From Candidatus Omnitrophota bacterium (lineage in GTDB: Bacteria; Omnitrophota; Gorgyraeia; 2-01-FULL-45-10): a stretch of 32,000 bases of DNA. The DNA lies in NCBI GenBank assembly GCA_023818895.1, contig JAMWCX010000001.1, forward strand, positions 1 to 32,000. The letters run 5' to 3'. Below, piece by piece: positions 14,995 through 23,900 of the stretch. The notes beneath the pieces are model-generated. The model was given only the letters and a program-made list of their open reading frames with translations, was not told the origin of the DNA and did no database searches. Positions within the stretch are counted from its first letter, which is position 1. Every line of letters begins with the position of its first letter. The translations under genes and the position numbers were made by a program.

Positions 14995-15764
14995 AGACTT
15001 TAGTCGGCATATCTATATTATTAGCGGTGATTCTGATGGGCCATGCGGTTCTTGCGGCTGATCAGAAAAAAGCGGGTCCAGATCAACTTTTTTATAACGC
15101 AAACCAGGCATATGCGAAAAGAGATTACGTAAAAGCCGTTGAAGACTATGCCGCAATACTCGATATGGGCCTCGAGAACGGTAACCTCTATTATAATATA
15201 GGTAATGGATTCTTAAAATTAGGCAAGGTTGGTTACGCCGTATTGTGTTACGAGAAGGCGAAACGCCTTATACCGCAGGACAGCGATCTCAAAGCCAACC
15301 TCGCTTACGCGATGTCCCTTTCAGAAGCTACCTATATGAACATTCCCGAAGAGAATTTTATCCTGAAAGGCATAAAAAAAGTTTTTGGGGATTTAAGCCT
15401 TAGCATGATAGCGTTGTCGGCGCTGATACTTTATCTGAGTGTTATAGTTATAGGGTCGTTCTTGATGTTGAGCCCGGCTGTAAGAAGGTTTAAGATTATA
15501 TATTATCTGGTTATCCTGGCTTTTCTTACAACCTTGATCGGATTTGGCGTAAGGTATTATGACGAGGTGATATTGAAGCACGGCATAGTGGTGCAGAAAG
15601 ATGTCGAATGCAAATATGAGCCAATCGATAAGTCTACGACTTATTATAAGCTGAACGAAGCGGAGAAAGTTCTTATCCTAAAGACGCGGGACGGATGGCG
15701 CCAGATTAAAAGGCCGGATGGCAAGATAGGCTGGGTCAAGAAAGAGGCGGTAGAGGAGATATAA
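14991..15764 (+). CDS. BatE-like protein: signal peptide + TPR repeats + TM segments + C-terminal SH3-like domain
   Basis: N-terminal signal (MKTLVGISILLAVILMGHAVLA). TPR-like YNANQAYAKRDYVKAVEDYAAIL / YYNIGNGFLKLGKVGYAVLCYEKAKRL. Two or three hydrophobic helices. C-terminal ...DGWRQIKRPDGKIGWVKKEAV, typical of bacterial SH3. ATGA overlap with batD. Confidence 0.7.
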   Translation: MKTLVGISILLAVILMGHAVLAADQKKAGPDQLFYNANQAYAKRDYVKAVEDYAAILDMGLENGNLYYNIGNGFLKLGKVGYAVLCYEKAKRLIPQDSDLKANLAYAMSLSEATYMNIPEENFILKGIKKVFGDLSLSMIALSALILYLSVIVIGSFLMLSPAVRRFKIIYYLVILAFLTTLIGFGVRYYDEVILKHGIVVQKDVECKYEPIDKSTTYYKLNEAEKVLILKTRDGWRQIKRPDGKIGWVKKEAVEEI

Positions 15765-15782
15765 ACTTTTTTTAAAAAACCC

Positions 15783-15810
15783 TTGACATAGATTAGATTT
15801 TTGTTATAAT
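15783..15810 (+). promoter_or_regulatory. Strong sigma70-type promoter with extended -10, upstream of tRNA-Thr/tuf
   Basis: TTGACA (15783-15788), 16-bp spacer, TGtTATAAT (15802-15810), preceded by T7A6 and the shared AAAAAACCCTTGACA core. Confidence 0.65.
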
Positions 15811-15991
15811 TAAACACCTAAATTTTCCTAACACTAATTTAGAATATATAAATAGAAAAAAGAGAGTTATAAGGTAATAACTCTAAATTGGATAGTTTTT
15901 GTCTTTAGCTGTCTGCCAATTGTTAGAAATAAAATTCAGCAGACAGATTTGACACAGGTTGGACAGCCGCTAACGCTAAAATGCTAAAGCG

Positions 15992-16067
15992 GCTGCAGTA
16001 GCTCAGTCGGTAGAGCACGTCCTTGGTAAGGACGAGGTCATCGGTTCAATCCCGATCTGCAGCTCCA
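15992..16067 (+). tRNA. tRNA-Thr (anticodon GGU), CCA encoded
   Basis: Manual cloverleaf. Acceptor GCTGCAG/CTGCAGC. D arm GCTC-AGTCGGTA-GAGC. Anticodon arm CGTCC-TTGGTAA-GGACG. Variable loop AGGTC. T arm ATCGG-TTCAATC-CCGAT. Discriminator T, then CCA. Position upstream of tuf is the classical thrT-tufB arrangement. Confidence 0.93.
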
Positions 16068-16212
16068 TCCGCCTTTCTGCATCAGGCCTTATTGGGAAAA
16101 GATAGCGTACGGCGGATGTGTCCGCCTAGGGCTATCCGCGACGATCGGCCTGTTACACGGTGGCGGACCAAATAGCATATTAAAAAATGCATTATTAATT
16201 AGGGGAGGATTT

Positions 16213-17409
16213 ATGGCAAAGGAAACGTTTGTAAGGTCAAAGCCTCACGTAAACGTAGGAACGATAGGCCACATCGACCACGGCAAGACAACGCTCACCG
16301 CGGCCATACTTGCGGTCCTTGCCAAAAAGGGCAAGGCACAGGTTAAAAGCTATGCCGATATAGCCAAGGGCGGCACCGTCCGCGATGAGACCAAGACCGT
16401 CACAATAGCGGTTGCCCACGTCGAGTACGAGACCGACAATCGCCACTATGCCCACATCGACTGCCCCGGACACGCTGACTACATCAAGAACATGATAACA
16501 GGAGCCGCCCAGATGGACGGCGCGATCCTGGTCGTCTCTGCCGTAGATGGACCTATGCCCCAGACAAGAGAACATATACTCCTTGCCAGGCAGGTCAACG
16601 TCCCATCCATAGTTGTCTACTTAAACAAGGTAGACCTTGTGGAGGATAAGGAGCTGGTAGACCTGGTGGAACTGGAGGTAAGAGAGCTTCTTACCAAGTA
16701 CGGCTTTCCGGGAGACAAGACCCCTGTTATCAAAGGAAGCGCCCTTAAAGCCATGACGAACCCAGATGACGCCGAGGCCACCAAGTCCATACATGAGCTC
16801 ATGGCGGCCGTTGACTCCTTCATCCCTGAGCCCAAAAGAGACATAGATAAACCATTCCTCATGCCCATAGAAGACGTATTCTCCATAACAGGAAGGGGTA
16901 CTGTAGGAACTGGAAGAGTTGAAAGAGGCCAGATAAAGGTAGGAGAGGAAGTTGAAATAGTCGGCATAAGGCCGACCAAGAAGTCCGTTGTGACCGGCGT
17001 AGAGATGTTCAGAAAACTGCTGGACGTCGGCCAGGCCGGAGATAATATAGGAGTTCTCTTAAGGGGTATAGAGAAAAATGACCTGGAAAGAGGCCAGGTC
17101 CTCGCTAAGCCGGGCTCCATCACTCCCCATACAAAGTTCAAAGCAGAAGTATATATACTCAGTAAAGAGGAGGGCGGCCGCCATACGCCGTTTTTCAACG
17201 GATATCGGCCGCAGTTCTACTTCCGGACCACCGATGTTACCGGAGTCGTCACCCTCCCCAAGGGCGTCGAAATGGTCATGCCGGGAGATAACGTACAGTT
17301 TGAAGTATCGCTCATAACGCCGATCGCCATGGAGAAGGAGCTGCGCTTCGCTATTCGTGAAGGCGGCCATACCGTAGGCGCGGGTGTCGTGACGGAAGTG
17401 ATAGAGTAA
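16213..17409 (+). CDS. tuf: Elongation factor Tu (copy 1)
   Basis: 398 aa. [21 protein letters not shown] and SALK G-motifs present. SD GGGGAGGA upstream. Confidence 0.98.
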   Translation: MAKETFVRSKPHVNVGTIGHIDHGKTTLTAAILAVLAKKGKAQVKSYADIAKGGTVRDETKTVTIAVAHVEYETDNRHYAHIDCPGHADYIKNMITGAAQMDGAILVVSAVDGPMPQTREHILLARQVNVPSIVVYLNKVDLVEDKELVDLVELEVRELLTKYGFPGDKTPVIKGSALKAMTNPDDAEATKSIHELMAAVDSFIPEPKRDIDKPFLMPIEDVFSITGRGTVGTGRVERGQIKVGEEVEIVGIRPTKKSVVTGVEMFRKLLDVGQAGDNIGVLLRGIEKNDLERGQVLAKPGSITPHTKFKAEVYILSKEEGGRHTPFFNGYRPQFYFRTTDVTGVVTLPKGVEMVMPGDNVQFEVSLITPIAMEKELRFAIREGGHTVGAGVVTEVIE

Positions 17410-17415
17410 GTAAAG

Positions 17416-17565
17416 ATGCAAGAGCTTATCACCCTCGAATGCACTAAATGCAAGAACAGGAACTATTCTTCTACCAAGAATAAAAAGAAAAATCCTGATA
17501 AGCTCGAATTGAACAAGTTTTGCAATACTTGCAGAAAGCATACACCACATAAGGAGATAAAATAA
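17416..17565 (+). CDS. rpmG: Ribosomal protein L33 (Zn-ribbon C4 form), 49 aa; below the ORF-track size cut-off
   Basis: Manual translation: [49 protein letters not shown]. It has the L33 pattern with CxxC...CxxC. It sits between tuf and secE, as in many bacteria. Confidence 0.9.
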   Translation: MQELITLECTKCKNRNYSSTKNKKKNPDKLELNKFCNTCRKHTPHKEIK

Positions 17566-17655
17566 ATTCAAGTGACCTGCCATGGCGGCAGGCAGTGGCT
17601 CTCGGTTTAAGGCACAGTCTTTAATCTTGCCGGGTAGAGTCAGGAGGAGATGGAG

Positions 17656-17732
17656 AGGCCAGTAGCTCCAATTGGTAGAGCGGCGGTCTCCAAAACCGCG
17701 TGTTGGGGGTTCGAGTCCCTCCTGGCCTGCCA
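17656..17732 (+). tRNA. tRNA-Trp (anticodon CCA), CCA encoded
   Basis: Manual cloverleaf. Acceptor AGGCCAG/CTGGCCT. D arm GCTC-CAATTGGTA-GAGC. Anticodon arm GCGGT-CTCCAAA-ACCGC. T arm GGGGG-TTCGAGT-CCCTC (one G-U pair). Discriminator G, then CCA. Classical position upstream of secE-nusG. Confidence 0.92.
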
Positions 17733-17826
17733 AATTCGCCGGCCCTGAAAATGTGGTCCCAGGCCGCAACGTAAAGGACCGGCGCAAAGTAGCAAATCCC
17801 GCAGTAAGACTGATTTTAAGTGATAC

Positions 17827-17855
17827 TTGACCGGATCGGCCGAAAAATAAAATAT
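17827..17855 (+). promoter_or_regulatory. Possible internal promoter for secE-nusG
   Basis: TTGACC (17827-17832), then either TAAAAT (17848-17853, 15-bp spacer) or AAATAT (17850-17855, 17-bp spacer). Spacing and -10 quality are imperfect. Confidence 0.3.
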
Positions 17856-17887
17856 TTTCCGGGCACGAGGAGAGTTTTTCTAATATT

Positions 17888-18079
17888 ATGGCAAATAAGC
17901 TGGCGATATTTTTCAAAGACGTTAAGGTTGAGATGACGAAAGTCTCCTGGCCGAATAAGGACGAGCTCATAGGCTCCACGGTGATAGTCCTGATTTCGCT
18001 AGCGATCCTCTCGCTTTTTATAGGGGTCTGTGACGTTATACTGTCCAAGACCGTTAATATAATTATGTCGAGGCTTTAG
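17888..18079 (+). CDS. secE: Preprotein translocase subunit SecE (single-TM form)
   Basis: 63 aa. Conserved ...FFKDVKVEMTKVSWPNKDEL... followed by one TM helix. Located between tRNA-Trp and nusG. Confidence 0.88.
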   Translation: MANKLAIFFKDVKVEMTKVSWPNKDELIGSTVIVLISLAILSLFIGVCDVILSKTVNIIMSRL

Positions 18080-18098
18080 TATAAGGCGATAGGGGCCG

Positions 18099-18629
18099 AT
18101 GGCGAAACGCTGGTACGTTATACACACGCAGACAGGATATGAGGACAGGGTCAAGAAGGCCCTTGAGAGCAAGGTAAAGGCGGGGCTTGCGGGTGATAAC
18201 ATATCTCAGGTGCTTGTTCCGATAGAGCAGGTGTCAGAAGTAAAGGCTGGTAAAAAAAGGATATCGCAACGCAAGTTTTTCCCGGGCTACATCCTCGTCG
18301 AAATGGAACTTACCGACGAGACATGGTATCTAATAAAGAGCATTACCGGCGTTACCGGATTTGTCGGGGCGGGATCCAAGCCGCTCCCTCTTAAAGACGA
18401 AGAGGTGGAAACTATATTAAAGCAGGCGAAGGACGCCAAAGAAAAGCCCACGCCGAAGGTTATATTTGAAAAGGGAGAAAACGTCAGGGTGAACGACGGA
18501 CCTTTTACTAATTTCAACGGCTCCATAGAAGAAGTAAACCTCGCCAAGGGAAAGATTAAGGTAATGATATCGATATTTGGCAGGGCGACGCCGGTCGAAC
18601 TGGAGACATGGCAGGTGGAGAAGATTTAG
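18099..18629 (+). CDS. nusG: Transcription termination/antitermination factor NusG
   Basis: 176 aa. NGN domain (KRWYVIHTQTGYEDRVKKAL...FPGYILVEM) and KOW motif (GENVRVNDGPFTNFNGSIEEV). Confidence 0.95.
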   Translation: MAKRWYVIHTQTGYEDRVKKALESKVKAGLAGDNISQVLVPIEQVSEVKAGKKRISQRKFFPGYILVEMELTDETWYLIKSITGVTGFVGAGSKPLPLKDEEVETILKQAKDAKEKPTPKVIFEKGENVRVNDGPFTNFNGSIEEVNLAKGKIKVMISIFGRATPVELETWQVEKI

Positions 18630-18678
18630 CCTATAGCAGGCGGTTAATAATCGGTATTTTATAGAAAGAGCGTTAAAG

Positions 18679-19104
18679 ATGGCAAAAAAGGTAAAAGCGA
18701 TAATAAAATTGTATTGTCCGGCGGGAAGCGCTAACCCAGCACCTCCTGTAGGGCCGGCGCTTGGCCAGCATGGCCTAAATATAATGGAATTCTGCAAACA
18801 ATTCAATGCCAAGACCCAAAACCAGGAAGGTCTCACGCTACCGGTCGTCATAACAGCTTACGAGGACAGGACCTTTACCTTTATTATAAAGAGCCCGCCT
18901 TGCTCTGTGCTTCTCAAGAGGGCATGCGGTGTTGCCAAGGCAAGTGGGGCGCCCAATAAGGAAAAGGCCGGTAAAGTGACGATGGATCAGGTTAGGGAGA
19001 TCGCCAAGACCAAATTGAAAGACCTTAACACCGAAGATATAGAGAAGGCCGTAGAGATAGTTAAAGGTACGGCAAGGAGCATGGGGATAGAGGTCGAGGG
19101 GTAA
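18679..19104 (+). CDS. rplK: Ribosomal protein L11
   Basis: 141 aa. ...[31 protein letters not shown]... is the L11 signature. Confidence 0.97.
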   Translation: MAKKVKAIIKLYCPAGSANPAPPVGPALGQHGLNIMEFCKQFNAKTQNQEGLTLPVVITAYEDRTFTFIIKSPPCSVLLKRACGVAKASGAPNKEKAGKVTMDQVREIAKTKLKDLNTEDIEKAVEIVKGTARSMGIEVEG

Positions 19105-19139
19105 GTTGGCAATTAGTAAATAGTAAAAAGAAGTAGAAG
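19101..19139 (+). repeat. Degenerate GTAAnnn/GCAATTA heptad array after the rplK stop
   Basis: GTAAGTT g GCAATTA GTAAATA GTAAAAA gaa GTAGAAG. This is the weakest of the three related arrays. Confidence 0.45.
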
Positions 19140-19149
19140 GCAACGATAT

Positions 19150-19848
19150 ATGAAGAAGCTGACGAAGAGAATGAAAACAGCGAATGCGCTGGTCGATAAG
19201 ACCAAGGCCTACAGCCTGAAGGACGCGATAGCGATACTTAAAAAATCGCCGAAACCCAAGTTTGACGAAACCGTCGAGATATCGGCGAGACTGAGCGTCG
19301 ATCCCAAGCAGAGCCAGAGCGCCTCAATCAGGGGAACGGTCGCGCTTCCGCATGGTACTGGGAAAAAGGTGCGAGTGGCGGTCTTCTGTAAGGGCGAGGA
19401 GGAGAAAAAAGCCAGGGATGCAGGCGCTGACTTCGTGGGCGCTGAAGACCTGATAACGAAAGTACAGGGCGGATGGGCCGATTTTGACGTGGCGATAGCA
19501 ACGCCTGAGATGATGAAGGATATGGCCAAGCTTGGTAAGATACTGGGGCCGCGGGGGCTCATGCCCAACCCTAAATCAGGAACGGTCACTATGGATACCG
19601 CAAAGACAGTAAAAGAGGTCAAGGCGGGCAAAATAGAGTTCAAGATGGATAAGCAGGCGGGTATACACGCCCCGCTTGGCAAGATCTCCTTTAGCGAGGA
19701 TGCGCTTTATGCGAACGCCATGTCTCTAATAGACGCTATAATGTCCTCAAACCCTAGCGGGCCTAAGGGACAACATGTGAAATCGTTGTATATATCAACT
19801 ACCATGGGGCCGGGGGTAAAACTTGACCTGGCCGAGTTCAGGAAGTAA
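19150..19848 (+). CDS. rplA: Ribosomal protein L1
   Basis: 232 aa. L1 pattern (...FDETVEISARLSVDPKQSQSASIRGTVALPHGTGK...). Confidence 0.97.
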   Translation: MKKLTKRMKTANALVDKTKAYSLKDAIAILKKSPKPKFDETVEISARLSVDPKQSQSASIRGTVALPHGTGKKVRVAVFCKGEEEKKARDAGADFVGAEDLITKVQGGWADFDVAIATPEMMKDMAKLGKILGPRGLMPNPKSGTVTMDTAKTVKEVKAGKIEFKMDKQAGIHAPLGKISFSEDALYANAMSLIDAIMSSNPSGPKGQHVKSLYISTTMGPGVKLDLAEFRK

Positions 19849-19852
19849 TAAA

Positions 19853-20440
19853 ATGGCTAAACAGCAAAAGTACTCAAAGTTGTGCAAAGAGAAGATGGTG
19901 GAGGAGATAATCTCCCGCATCAACAAGCATCCGAACTTTGTAATAACAAGCTATATGGGTTCCACTGTGTCGGAGCTCGAAAGTCTTAGAAAGAGCCTGA
20001 AGAGAGCCTCGTCTGACTACCTTGTGGTCAAGAACTCCATATTGAAAGTGGTATTTGATAAGCTTAAGTTGAGTGAGGAGTCGGCCAAGATAGAGAGCGG
20101 GATGGGTATTTCATTCAGCGGTGATGATATAATCGCGACATGTAAGGCGCTCTCCACCTTCGCTACCGCCAACTCCAAGTTCAAGATAAAAGGAGCGGTC
20201 GTTGACGGAAAATCGATAGCTCCGGAGAAGGTGAATGCTCTGGCGAGCCTTCCGACGAAAGAGGTGCTCCTTGCCCAGCTATTGGCCGGGATGAAGTCGC
20301 CAATAACAGGTTTTGCCAATGTGCTTGGCGGAGTTTTGAGGAAGTTCGTATATACCATTGATGCTATAAAACGCAACAAGGAAAGTTCGAGTCAGGCGCC
20401 GGAACAAGCGCCGGTTGCCGGGCAAGAAGCCAAGAGTTGA
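19853..20440 (+). CDS. rplJ: Ribosomal protein L10
   Basis: L10-like sequence located between rplA and rplL. ATG 19853 (MAKQQK...), 4 nt after the rplA TAA, is preferred to ORF-track ATG 19823, which overlaps rplA. SD AGGAAG at 19840-19845. Confidence 0.9.
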   Translation: MAKQQKYSKLCKEKMVEEIISRINKHPNFVITSYMGSTVSELESLRKSLKRASSDYLVVKNSILKVVFDKLKLSEESAKIESGMGISFSGDDIIATCKALSTFATANSKFKIKGAVVDGKSIAPEKVNALASLPTKEVLLAQLLAGMKSPITGFANVLGGVLRKFVYTIDAIKRNKESSSQAPEQAPVAGQEAKS

Positions 20441-20473
20441 TCAAAAACTAAACAAGAGAGGAGAGGACTAGAA

Positions 20474-20881
20474 ATGGAAGCGAAAGTAGAGTTGACGGAA
20501 AAAATGAAGAGCGTAATGGATTCTATAGAGAAGATGACCGTTATGGAGCTGGCGGACCTTGTTAAGGCGCTTGAGGATAAGTTCGGTGTTACCGCGGCTG
20601 CGCCGGTGGCTGTTGCCGCTGTCGGAGGGGCTGCGGGAGGTGCGGCTCCTGCCGCGGCATCCGAAGAGAAGTCAACCTTCAACGTGGTTCTCGCAGGCGC
20701 AGGTTCAAACAAGATACAGGTCATAAAGGAGCTTCGAGCGCTTACTAACCTCGGTCTTAAAGAGGCAAAGGATCTCGTTGATGGCGCTCCGAAGACGATC
20801 AAGGAAGGCGCGACTAAGGACGAGGCCGAGAAGATAAAGAAGACTCTGGAAGCGGCCGGTGCCAAGATAGAGCTTAAGTAA
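20474..20881 (+). CDS. rplL: Ribosomal protein L7/L12
   Basis: 135 aa. Ala/Gly-rich hinge and conserved C-terminal domain ([33 protein letters not shown]). Confidence 0.97.
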   Translation: MEAKVELTEKMKSVMDSIEKMTVMELADLVKALEDKFGVTAAAPVAVAAVGGAAGGAAPAAASEEKSTFNVVLAGAGSNKIQVIKELRALTNLGLKEAKDLVDGAPKTIKEGATKDEAEKIKKTLEAAGAKIELK

Positions 20882-20883
20882 AA

Positions 20884-20934
20884 GTAATTAGTAATTCGTA
20901 ATTAGTAACGAGCGATTTTGGTAAAGAGTAAAAA
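20884..20934 (+). repeat. GTAAnnn heptad array (4 + 2 units) after the rplL stop, in the rplL-rpoB spacer
   Basis: GTAATTA GTAATTC GTAATTA GTAACGA, then a 9-nt spacer (gcgattttg), then GTAAAGA GTAAAAA. Shares GTAATTAGTAATT, AGTAACG and GTAAAGAGT with the array at 13041-13082. Confidence 0.7.
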
Positions 20935-20980
20935 TGCTGCCTTGGTTCTGTAATCCGGTGTTCTTATATAAGGAAACAAG

Positions 20981-23900
20981 ATGGCCAAACGCAAAAGCTA
21001 CGCTAAGATAGAGGAATGCTATAGGCTTCCAAACCTGTTGGATGTGCAGCTTAAATCCTATCAGGAATTTCTGCAGGCGGATGTGCCTAAGACCAAACGT
21101 GAGAACAAGGGTCTTGAGTCGGCGTTCAGGGAAGTATTTCCGATAGAGTCTCCGGACGGCGAATACAAGCTCGAATACCTCAGCTATTCCATAGGCAAGC
21201 CCAAATATGACATCATAGAGTGCAAGAAGCGCGGCGTAAGCTATGCGGGCTCGCTGAGAGCCATGATAAGGCTAAAGTCCAAAAAGGAGACCAAGGAACA
21301 AGAAGTTTATCTGGGCGAAATGCCTCTCATGACCGATACCGGCACATTTATCATTAACGGCGATGAGCGTGTCGTTGTCAGTCAGTTGCATCGTTCGCCC
21401 GGCATCTCGTTCGAATCCGAGCCGCACCCTACAGGGAAAAATATTTTTTCAGCAAGGATAATACCTTATCGCGGCGCATGGGTGGAATTCGAATTTGATA
21501 TAAACGACCTTCTCTATGTTTATGTTGACAGGCGGCGAAAATTTTTGGCGACAGAACTTCTGCGGGTTTTTGGCTACGAAACGGATGAATCGATACTGAA
21601 GGCCTTATGCGGGGTGGAGTCACACGAGCTTTCACGGTCCGCTCAGCTCGAAAAGCTTATAGGTATGATTCTGGCGAAGGATGTGGTGGACAAAGAGACG
21701 AACGTAACAATAGCCGAGAAACTCGAGAAAATAACACAGGAGATCGCCGATAAAATATGGGCTTCATCAGTGAGGCGCGTGGATGTTCTTGTAAATCCTA
21801 TTCCGGAGATTATCAACACTCTTAAGAAGGATAATACGCGCAATAAAGTTGAGGCTATGATAGATATTTGTCGTAAGCTCAGGCCCGGAGACCCTCCAAC
21901 GCCAGAGTCTGCGGCGAACCTAATCGAAAGGCTTTTCTTCGACACAAAGCGCTATGACCTTGGGGATGTCGGCCGCTATATATTGAACCGCAAGCTCGAT
22001 ATGAAAGTCTCGTTGGATGAAAGGTTGATAACGCCTGCGACCCTTGTGCGGGTTATTCAAAGGCTTGTAGAAGTAAAGAACGGCCGTGGAAATACTGACG
22101 ATATAGACCATCTCGGCAATAGGCGAGTACGCTGTTCGGGAGAGCTCCTCTTAAACCAGATCAGGATAGGGCTTGCCAGAATGGAACGCTCGTGCAGGGA
22201 AAGGATGAATATTTACGATCTTTCAAACGTTATGCCTCACAATCTGATAAATGCTAAGCTTATTTCAGGGGTTATCAGAGATTTCTTCGGGCGTTCACAA
22301 CTTTCGCAGTTTCTTGACCAGACCAATCCGCTGGCGGAGATGACTCATAAAAGGCGCGTGAGCGCTCTCGGGCCGGGAGGCCTTAACAGGGAGAGGGCTG
22401 GATTTGAGGTCCGCGATGTTCACTATTCTCATTATGGAAGACTCTGTCCTATAGAGACGCCAGAAGGGCCGAATATTGGCCTTATCGCATCTTTAAGCAC
22501 ATATTCGAGGATAAACGAGTTTGGATTTATAGAGACGCCGTATCGGAAGGTAGAGAATGGTAAGGTGACGGACAAGATAGAATATCTTTCGGCCGATATC
22601 GAAGATCTTTATACCATAGCGCAGGCAAATGCTAAGATAGATTCGAAAGGCAATTTTATAGAGGATAAGGTATTTTGCCGGTTCAAAGACGATTTCATCA
22701 AGGCAAGCCCTAAGGATGTTCAGTATATGGACGTTTCTCCCCGACAGCTTGTCAGCGTTGCGGCAAGCCTAATCCCCTTCCTCGAGCACGATGACGCAAA
22801 CCGTGCGCTTATGGGCTCGAACATGCAGCGCCAAGCCGTTCCACTTCTGTATACTGAAGCCCCGCTCATCGGAACCGGTATGGAATACAGGACGGCAAAA
22901 GACTCAGGCGCGGTAGTTATCGCTCATAATGAGGGAACTGTCACAAGCGTTGATTCTAGCGAGATATTAATAAGCGGAAAGACTTATAAATTGAAGAAGT
23001 TCGAGAGGTCTAATGCAAATACCTGTGTTAACCAGAGACCGTTGGTGAGACTCGGCGACAAGGTGAAGGAGGGGCAGGTAATCGCTGACGGGCCGGCTAC
23101 CAAGGATGGCGAACTCGCTTTAGGCAAGAATGTTCTGGTGGCTTTTATGCCATGGAGAGGTTATAATTTCGAAGACGCCATCCTGATAAACGAGAAGCTG
23201 GTGGCGGAGGATGTCTACACGTCCGTGCATATAGAGGAGTTTGAAATCGAAGCGCGTGACACGCGGCTTGGCAACGAAGAGATAACTCGTGATATACCGA
23301 ATGTTGGCGAAGAGGCTCTTAAGGATCTTGACGAAGAGGGCATTATAAGGGTAGGGGCGCAAGTCGAACCGGGAGACATTCTAGTGGGCAAGGTGACTCC
23401 TAAGTCAGAGACAGAGCTTTCACCTGAGGAGAAGCTTCTTCGGGCGATATTCGGCGAAAAGGCCGGCGATGTCAGGGATTCTTCGCTCATAGCGCCTCCC
23501 GGTGTCGAAGGTATAGTAGTTGACGTGAGGATATTCTCCAGGCGCGACGCGCGGTCGAAGACCAAGGAGGAGCGCACCAAGGAGAACAAAGAGATAAAGG
23601 CGCTTGAGGAGAGCTTTGGCGCCCAGATAGATAAGATAAAGGAAGAGAAATACCGCAAGCTTCACAAGCTTCTTGCGGGACAGCGCCTGGCGGCGGGCAT
23701 ACTTGACCAGGAATCGGGCCGCGCGCTCATGTCGCAGGGCAGGACGATTCGCATAAAGGATATAAAGAGGATAGTAGAAAAAGGCGATCTTGATACCATA
23801 AAGCTCAATAACCCCGAAGTTGAGCAGGAAATAGGAAGGATAGCGAGACTCCTCGACAGCCAGATAGAGGAGCTGAGCTTTGAGCTTGAAAGAGAGATAG

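Noticed and set aside
15949-15982. Second promoter (TTGACA at 15949-15954) just upstream of tRNA-Thr
   Set aside because: The best -10-like hexamer (TAAAAT 15977-15982) is 22 bp away. At 16-17 bp the sequence (TAACGC/AACGCT) is a poor -10.
16068-16212. Additional tRNA genes (Tyr/Gly/Thr), as in the E. coli thrU-tyrU-glyT-thrT-tufB cluster, or tRNA remnants
   Set aside because: No T-loop (GTTCRANYC) or cloverleaf can be drawn. The GC-rich segments are better described as mutually complementary stems (reported as a finding).
17576-17592. GC hairpin CCTGCC-atggc-GGCAGG after rpmG, considered as an intrinsic terminator
   Set aside because: It is not followed by a U-tract, and tRNA-Trp/secE follow on the same strand. 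At most it is a processing or stability element.
17059-18048. 329-codon ORF on the minus strand, the longest antisense ORF in the window and surprisingly long for this composition
   Set aside because: It runs antisense through the tuf 3' end, rpmG, tRNA-Trp (its GQEGLEPPTRGFG stretch is simply the tRNA read backwards), a non-coding spacer and secE. All of those plus-strand elements are well supported. The translation is low-complexity with no recognisable motif and no SD/start context. I treat it as a shadow ORF.
20392-20865. 157-aa Ala-rich minus-strand ORF
   Set aside because: Antisense to rplL (the Ala/Gly hinge read backwards). rplL is unambiguous.
20934-21011. 25-codon upstream ORF ([25 protein letters not shown]) overlapping the rpoB start out of frame
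   Set aside because: No convincing SD, an arbitrary sequence, and nothing in one sequence to show conservation. Probably fortuitous. It would need ribosome profiling or comparative data.
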